Below are positions 63,309 through 64,000 of a stretch of DNA of 64,000 nt, piece after piece (positions within the stretch are counted from its first letter, which is position 1; the number at the start of each line of letters is the position of its first letter). Source of the stretch: Pseudomonadota bacterium (GTDB lineage: Bacteria > Pseudomonadota > Gammaproteobacteria > Burkholderiales > JAKAFK01); contig JAJYKK010000011.1 in the NCBI GenBank assembly GCA_021788645.1, positions 3,167 to 67,166 of the forward strand. The letters are read 5' to 3'. The notes beneath the pieces are model-generated. The model ran no database searches and was not told the origin of the DNA. It saw nothing but the letters and a program-made list of their open reading frames with translations. The position numbers were made by a program, and so were the translations under genes.

Positions 63309-63764
63309 ATGGCACGCCCCGCATACTTGATCACTGAAAGAGACCTGGTCGCCGCGAAGAACTGGCTTGCCGAGAAAAACCGCCAGTTTAAGCTCTTTCA
63401 AATGGATGGCTCCGGCGAGGCGGAGTACCTGGCCAGGCGGGCCCTCGATGAGGCGATGCAGGCTTGCACGAACGCGTATATTCGGAATGATGAAGGACGC
63501 GGGGAGGCGTTGCAGGGAGCTATCGCCCAACTGAACACGGCGATCGAGCCGCTTACTCCCATGCTCCGCAAGCAGATGCATGCGGCGGTACGCGCGAATC
63601 GCGTGCGCTCGCGCCGGCGCTTGGGCGACAAGAGGGTCGGGATTCAGCTGACCTCGCGGGCGCACCACATCTTGGCGGGCATCGCCGAGGCGGAGGGGGT
63701 CACGCTATCGGATGTGATCGAGAAGCATCTCGAGCAACGGTATCACGCAATCATCGATGCGTGA
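63309..63764 (+). CDS. Hypothetical 151-aa protein with C-terminal RHH-like motif (possible repressor)
   Basis: ATG 63309 inside ORF 62994..63764, AAAGGAG upstream. C-terminus RVGIQLTSRAHHILAGIAEAEGVTLSDVIEKHLEQ resembles an RHH. Divergent from parA. Confidence 0.5.
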   Translation: MARPAYLITERDLVAAKNWLAEKNRQFKLFQMDGSGEAEYLARRALDEAMQACTNAYIRNDEGRGEALQGAIAQLNTAIEPLTPMLRKQMHAAVRANRVRSRRRLGDKRVGIQLTSRAHHILAGIAEAEGVTLSDVIEKHLEQRYHAIIDA

Positions 63765-63816
63765 TTAAGTCACGTATTTGGCGACCGGAGGAGGAACGCT
63801 CGCTTGCCCACCCCCT

Positions 63817-63907
63817 GACTTGTCCACCGCCGCTGACGCGACCGTGGACAAGTCACCCGGCCTCTTTGGCGTGTTGAGCGCCGGGCCGGGCAAGGGGCGT
63901 GGACAAG
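63817..63907. repeat. DnaA-box-like repeats: an 11-bp inverted pair GACTTGTCCAC / GTGGACAAGTC plus a third GTGGACAAG
   Basis: gacttgtccac 63817-27; gtggacaagtc 63844-54 (16-bp spacer); gtggacaag 63899-907. The core TTGTCCAC equals the first 8 nt of the high-GC DnaA box TTGTCCACA. Confidence 0.6.
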
Positions 63908-64000
63908 ACGAGCGAGCCGCGCCCTGTTCTGCTAAACAAGGCAGTGCTGGAACGGTCACAGGCGCAGGAGGCGCCGCCGGCCCGAGAGGGCGGCGGGGTT

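Larger units (their letters stand above)
50977..64000. mobile_element. Integrated plasmid-like mobilisable element at the 3' end of tRNA-Lys; right boundary beyond the window
   Basis: Starts at the tRNA. Contents: AlpA-like, Rep-like, TraJ/TraI relaxosome, trbJ/trbL/eex, parA/RHH. Visibly more AT-rich stretches than the flanking chromosome. No recombinase ORF within 51.0-64.0 kb. Confidence 0.65.

Noticed and set aside
51000-64000. Search for an integrase or recombinase in the island
   Set aside because: None of the ORFs shows tyrosine recombinase (R..HxxR..Y) or serine recombinase N-terminal motifs. Absence is reported as an observation, not as a feature.

Overview
High-GC DNA from a sulfur-oxidising proteobacterium; the lineage (Thiobacillus-like betaproteobacterium) is an inference from gene content only. 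Four blocks are visible. (1) 1-16.7 kb, minus strand: a complete reverse dissimilatory sulfite reductase operon, dsrABEFHCMKLJOP, then a YbiB/TrpD2-like gene, dsrN, dsrR, an Lpd-like flavoprotein and cysG, which runs off the window. (2) 16.9-22.5 kb, plus strand, head-to-head with dsrA: an undescribed module of a 74-aa protein, an orphan Cas6/Cmx6-like protein, a DsrC paralogue lacking both functional cysteines, a rhodanese, an unknown 185-aa protein and a TauD-like dioxygenase, followed by mtnA plus a class-II aldolase. (3) 22.6-50.9 kb: mixed chromosomal and accessory genes. These include three small secreted proteins (one with a 16-Gln tract encoded by a hexanucleotide microsatellite), decayed DNA with a probable YceI pseudogene, yihY, rdgC, an IS200/IS605 element whose tnpB carries an in-frame TAA, Nramp, MarR, an M16 peptidase, an Lpp-like lipoprotein flanked by two L,D-transpeptidases, an ABC/PRC-barrel/MFS trio, a GT4 plus debranching-enzyme pair, a metA-ATPase pair, msrA and a probably inactive alpha/beta hydrolase. 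(4) tRNA-Lys(CUU) at 50901-50976, followed to the window end by an integrated plasmid-like mobilisable element. It carries an AlpA-like gene, a Rep-like gene, a TraJ/TraI(MOBP) relaxosome with a candidate oriT, only trbJ-trbL-eex of a type IV secretion system, ParA/RHH partition genes, a tightly coupled operon of unknown small genes around a DEDDh exonuclease, a recurring palindromic operator and DnaA-box-like repeats. No integrase lies inside the window. No CRISPR array or rRNA was found. All functional calls rest on motif recognition by eye. No database search was run.
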